Assembly: GCA_023247795.1 (NCBI GenBank)
Contig: JAHFFT010000006.1
Location: forward strand, 4,664-68,663
DNA from: Candidatus Omnitrophota bacterium
GTDB taxonomy: Bacteria > Omnitrophota > Gorgyraeia > Zapsychrales > JANLHA01
Direction of reading: 5' to 3'
Length of the DNA: 64,000 bases
The notes under the pieces are model-generated. The model was not told the DNA's origin. It worked only from the letters and a program-made list of their open reading frames with translations, and ran no database searches. Below are positions 63,101 to 64,000 of this stretch, piece after piece (the stretch's first letter is position 1; each line of letters opens with the position of its first letter). The position numbers and the translations under genes are program-made.

Positions 63101-64000
63101 CGAATAATAAAATGCTAGATTCTGCTGATGAGGTGAGAGTGGTGTTTCAGGGAATTGACGGAACCCCTAAAACTTATATTGACAAGTCATATAAATTTGA
63201 AAAGGTATTTGCAGCGCTATCGCAGCATGGGTATTCGGAAATGAGAGACTATCAGGGTTTAGCGCAAAGTTTATATAACGCCCGTACGCTTGAAATCGCG
63301 GTCAACGTGGGAGAAGCCTTTGCGATTGTGGGGTCGCTGGGAGTTGATGGGGCGTTTGTCAAAGCCGGTTTTAGGAATATCAGGCAGGCAGCGTTTAAGA
63401 ATTTATCTACGCAATCATTCCGCATCATAAGTGAAAACGCGTTTAAAGATTATTCGGCGAAGAAGGCCATCGGGTTTGCCGTTGGCGGTGCTGCGGTTGA
63501 TCAAATGATGACGAAAAGGTACACCGGAGAATATGGTGAAATAGACGGATCAACTCTTTTTCACGCGCTGGCATCGGCCGCGATGTTTGGCAAGAAAGGA
63601 ACATTTCTTACGAAGCTGATTACACAGGCTGATGAAAGTGGTTTAAAATTGGCAAAATATGTGGTGGCCAATCCCAGCGTATTGGTCAAGGCCGGAAAGC
63701 AGTTGGCCATCAGTGAAGCCGGTGTTTTAACCGCGGCCACTGTTTATAACAAGTATGTTAATGATCAATGGCTTTACAGTCCTAAGGAATATGCCGCTAT
63801 CTTAGGCGTTGGGGCGGCTTTACCGCTGGCATATCAGGGCTTACGGACGATAACTCCGCAGGCGGCTAAGACCGCTGTTTTTAGTGTGCATAAAGCCTTA
63901 GCCTCAAATTATGCTTTGGGGTACTCGGCGTTGGCCATTCCGGTCGGTAATTATTTATGGAAGCAAAATACCGGCCATGACCTTGGTTGGGGGAATGCGA
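51175..64000 (+). CDS. giant ORF, truncated by window edge (over 4,275 codons): N-terminal TM segment, C39-like peptidase motif, Lys/Gly/Glu-rich repeat, then a very long region with no recognisable domains
   Basis: Read manually: ATG at 51175, then no in-frame stop to the window end at 64000, so the C-terminus lies outside the window. Cys in ...PLNCGVYAL..., His in ...DPEHFVTV..., Asp in ...SYFDVG.... The other five frames carry only short ORFs across the region. Confidence 0.8.
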   Translation, partial: MDESRLDIKNISTTRGSIKNFNTNRDSLSSILPHILPKEEPKPFKSGFKHWIRIVAMIVIAVFLPEQISWAFNYNPAVLWGGPKQDLMHLAQPAPVMPTPAQVQIPVVPSDAEISQQLSQSVHDMLGRIAYLENAQVQFDLQNPNDPNKKPQSSIQIKPKNVVTEQSMMAYVEWLRQPGIKPLNCGVYALRDLLGANGLQVSLQELSLATLMEDILNGIIKPGDPKLKTSLYAIDKVAQGYNLNLKAAKVLPQDVVKLKTPFIANLDPEHFVTVTLIEQDKVSYFDVGRPTILAKDEFIKQANGFVLAPDMEKQTIEYALVSDSMKAFVWGSQWVRMKDDLPGLIDDGDMWDEIYVEIAIELIEAYFFGPAVAVMAYGASDLASTLTEICVMKNVCGENDTFIFNFIFTTVLMAAGMSMGDFATGAENGVLKEGAKGGLKEGVKDGTKEGAKKGLEDTAKSTAPSATGEVAATAPAIEPAAAGASPTIGSRLVDSIKTGTQNFYNEMKISLTDFGNKVVGFFKGIGELAQKGFNFVVGGGADKAPQAAGTAGQATNNLGAAKELAKTMPAKFDMAKSLDRLFSAQAVKAFFVGGIKALPKAIVSAYVKQEVYKIVDRNISEDMNPAIRQALVGVVSSIGGELLLAAGIKGLGAALSEVSPEMNNALSKLFNMGTYQSEEDAQKKADEVVDNAKADTIKAADKTVEGQNLTAEQKEGVRNAALKADEYKFNAIERTVYQSELDRIKSDKNYSRDNDAFHASTFVDEFKVIGKTIGPRLAGAAVAAGLRYLADKNWGDADAKSQVSQMIGEIGQAVGGILYGIAIRQDSGYTKEEIHQDKDGTKETNSDYDKYYRENKITGKREYVAEGDGKTIYNPEYPGSEKGKHYLLSDRTYGAMLYDALTRGAVGLLVAHGLDNYEKRNVDVDANGDQNRYQLVKGRAAILGGLILIDTIVTDINKWAGIDNPERYLKDEGVGITKIAGDSFIARYFTTRVAEQLIAMVRPIATFSGSLPGEDGAGDDNRWARDHKTAYGENYTSSQQNYLTYLTQLSEMTGQSLETVNQIKANRDALKEQLNSGQITKSEYEARKMFAFHDIMWAANGAFYVDRMNSAMAAGFVNNSFQSGGIYDEVEAILGYLPLKITSGLALNHREVVFKKETKEGEPDKLIAIATTKSPREPTIIMGDTLGFGWVKGMNNLKIDSETNTSSVGLGFDHLTNRFLGFLTDKEQKEFNVTADEAGVFDSHTGEKIVGLEELRTLNHHLGILNKIKTGQAYQEENGDVFDTKTNKVLAYAAEMKDGESKYQLITAELKSGQTQIRNGMDVDMFSGNVISNVAFKDADGKKLAAVRLDFKQTPENTEGDRNGQFLVFGRADLAREFDISGVKNDIIDKMKKLSPDALWVEDDQGDEIFHFIDVKSLEEFKDSIDSIARLKDNQDEILSYDPDYDDEERLVPSKRVILDSDGRELFVLDKDNADPRITFKKGSLDYVKENFKEYSASDRITTYQGDGFGRRIKDEDIGWQASRRISTDGSGQQQDEIVSNKLVGESRLISTAAWLLMPELANLALKEKDGGGGLDPKIMRKVLEQTAGTDSLGVRMLASGLDQVNKMHAENDTPFTYDFAGTDTHGKTMFKLQGNNNENGKMTIIFDKSGKANIRLARDNNANLDIFDGALNLVGYNKDEAVAIKAIKAVGLSAADIIFGRGFDANVYSIRDLVAREEKSDKLEAGLTDLVISQANSQLTTLLNDYGYVGITNIDVNHFLSKVSPFDLMDKGSIAIDGSEPVKASKDTSVTVTGNIVKTMTYDLPEMNDLTTSKVDQGKDLGQISMSDGRETIMRYDRVDDDVKSKFIMKNDHDEMRVTTAGDISVDNNVFKIINYDPTDADMAHGIKVDIEGLKNALWENDWVATSAGLREIVSNAKELQKSENNQKEAFREAVQTSLAEMKQFDKDYGMSAVDQNKDLILAALGKNDKGERIANVYSAYQGRIWDEDEIMKYYGYEKPSSEASDLDGSNDEKEKFNLKLNQGTVAHVEKLDSPFGRMFTEAGSTRNMGEGSMDDLYKVNQVSGSTLAAIAPVQLDDLRNFMTETDRVFTNEGLGKIVDQAKGGHLKKALADNGYDLTGEDIAKIDEKADLRLKTDLRENGYTNEHGEIQDSFRKLQSADEMRLTSEFGELKDQIFQSLKNSDNGQITMEPLTLTSGGIIDYNSKNGHADLFSIPQGGQFGGLLPSGKVAYDQHPSQIVLEESGVYRGPGSVLVYGERYGHSITTDVFGGDYFDKNVIYQIGSDGKSESYALGNGELPEQLHIGKTKLSGTLKTKNETTVAYEGKGFDISVTKFGDSQKLKNVSDLPVSVDMSKVAESRANTFLTEDPTVTVTEKGQSPRTITFDIKGRDQEHGFIWEKGSEIVNLPDGTRQLVLSGPINEPGLADVSFNHSSEEGARVDEQRSAIIPILIPKANVSNGTEAAGPGLKVDRLGLGTVGQLIVASGEPVDSATKKIVGADGQEKEEEYRVYNANFEGEDDATDSAGVRRLIVEGNPFKSKERFGNIELDQPTTNMGFTIKHDIDTAGKSPEDVKREERNQAVHLETKIQETSKDSYAPSVNPNGILDPMLVVGNDLDLWDTTMIDTRSISKLSAIDGFDIDLLGNYHVHDGTRKVSELLNIDKTYESASGKLTVIKSDKYGVVYENPEQTFEYFSSAKLTTVSKLDESKSRLDSIIYDVRKGLASGFDKDENWNGSEGQLFVKSIDFDSRSLTYDNKDFKLGVEGYKKADQRFADTVLRAQGSELVLGGGNKEEKSVQLSNAASSYRDKLVQELQLFSNMNTDQIKEHLRERFQEINIPFGDDASFQREVGKVFGTLVKLFEGHSTLSKDNEMLADFGQLAWNLTKQDPDTAALLVGVKNEDRGAINDYAHAMRQTEVLNTFDNWNENQNDLPNLGKLHGAADGYEATAKAGNSRTFQETGADGKQNINREEGLTIALGDMQVTRAQGLQLALQKADLKAIENIAQRSSDQDLKNKLVDLAKAIRAGSVPDAVGFSDLIVSKGLDSFVNSPDSVNLEIVKEIARLGDAKAGKNIFSGDIKRLPFTEGSRYYFEGPIDPKLKEAFGPIGFGVNDGHFEGIKEKFFEIHERGDFLGMEQHFTFTGHYDDANGQAKVEQVHLQGNNAGYIANISKLLGQEILFQGRETDITLTAQNGFMDLREDGSISVPQGVDVQACGSMPGCLKDKTRLLESIDSYVTFGETRKLAYGKISGTGEFAHIFDLNFPKHEPAPSEEKAPEPNDQETTRVVVRPVGDGVVSITESGEKADKKLQEQTAPKDLTEQGKKTYQKIVDKTLLTQQVFNLGVPIERFHNGKIEQDMQLTALPQLALENGSLAVLDQSVKKPAISQAELADFLKTGKLPSAYKKQGIPVLTGFNLEKDDKEKISVSIASKGEQGEIAEISSLVRNPNATGQFSNDAVGMEWTPSGPKFFGGESLGRAVVGHLQREGVVLPTDERLGKLSLDKAPKAVYDLKYAGEQILSPTSGKWVSVDQGKFRVGGTVTDPTSVSHVNSVSGAFIYDRVAQVTGWRPLYDNNENLVDLEYLATKGSMEAPVTPGFIVNQSNDFGFKITLVAPNLNNKPQEKQPEEQQNPLKNQELHNVNISPKPDENKNLVMVFGPGDVKQQLLESSIGFTIDNPYAVNDPMRARIGIDRPDTQVTILNEHLEDERAGEPNLKDGGYYGARPGTFSGGADSAYIKAKKAEITAAWNDLNEEEALLKGAGKNPDQDVHYKKHKEEVANLIDSLPIVQQTTSAGDRLRYKLTKMLVDNIHTGGLGFVGFEYSGGKFGWVRPAEPKPEDFSRPSDYRVAKINYDAAEDEFKKIMAPLVKGSGQVVDGFTMDQVGLMHFLNGTEPQYISDGLVSSSYDLLRGKNFVDKPITSQDAVDPSKNISKTERNAAKFISLIQEYITGPVGERLGEVADKVMNNPRYAFNPDPNNKMLDSADEVRVVFQGIDGTPKTYIDKSYKFEKVFAALSQHGYSEMRDYQGLAQSLYNARTLEIAVNVGEAFAIVGSLGVDGAFVKAGFRNIRQAAFKNLSTQSFRIISENAFKDYSAKKAIGFAVGGAAVDQMMTKRYTGEYGEIDGSTLFHALASAAMFGKKGTFLTKLITQADESGLKLAKYVVANPSVLVKAGKQLAISEAGVLTAATVYNKYVNDQWLYSPKEYAAILGVGAALPLAYQGLRTITPQAAKTAVFSVHKALASNYALGYSALAIPVGNYLWKQNTGHDLGWGNA

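Overview
The window spans a chromosomal replication-origin neighbourhood of a divergent, probably uncultivated bacterium. Gene order from the left, all on the minus strand: thrS (truncated by the window edge), tRNA-Val, tRNA-Leu and tRNA-Cys, then coaC-rpoZ-gmk-yicC-ndk, parB-parA, a Jag-N-only gene, yidC and rpmH. An AT-rich intergenic region holding DnaA-box variants follows. The plus-strand block is dnaA-dnaN-DUF721-gyrB-gyrA and tRNA-Glu. Gene orientation switches exactly at the rpmH|dnaA junction. Next come a Cus/Czc-like heavy-metal efflux module (membrane-fusion protein, RND pump, YHS-domain protein, DUF2231 protein) and housekeeping enzymes (2-hydroxyacid dehydrogenase, glutathione S-transferase, carbon-nitrogen hydrolase, malate dehydrogenase, a parvulin peptidyl-prolyl isomerase). 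A Tad/Flp-pilus island of about 20 kb (30.0-50.0 kb) is the most unusual part. It encodes CpaB, a secretin carrying a TonB-C-like C-terminal domain, a fused CpaE-CpaF ATPase, a tandemly duplicated three-gene pilin cassette, a canonical Flp pilin with a terminator, several further prepilin-like genes, a 1265-aa Cys-rich TadG-like protein, and TadB and TadC. Past the island lie an REP-associated tyrosine transposase flanked by GGGGACAGTCCCC palindromes, and the first 12.8 kb of a single open reading frame (over 4,275 codons, truncated by the window end) that begins with a transmembrane segment and a C39-like peptidase motif. Three families of intergenic repeats are scattered through the window. 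One 13-mer tied to the REP element also forms an in-frame minisatellite inside yidC, and REP copies sit in-frame inside a 594-aa transposase-like ORF. The six-frame track omits ORFs that run off the window edges (thrS and the giant gene) and anything under 60 aa (rpmH and the Flp pilin); I recovered those by reading the sequence. Every functional assignment rests on motif-level recognition only, with no database search.
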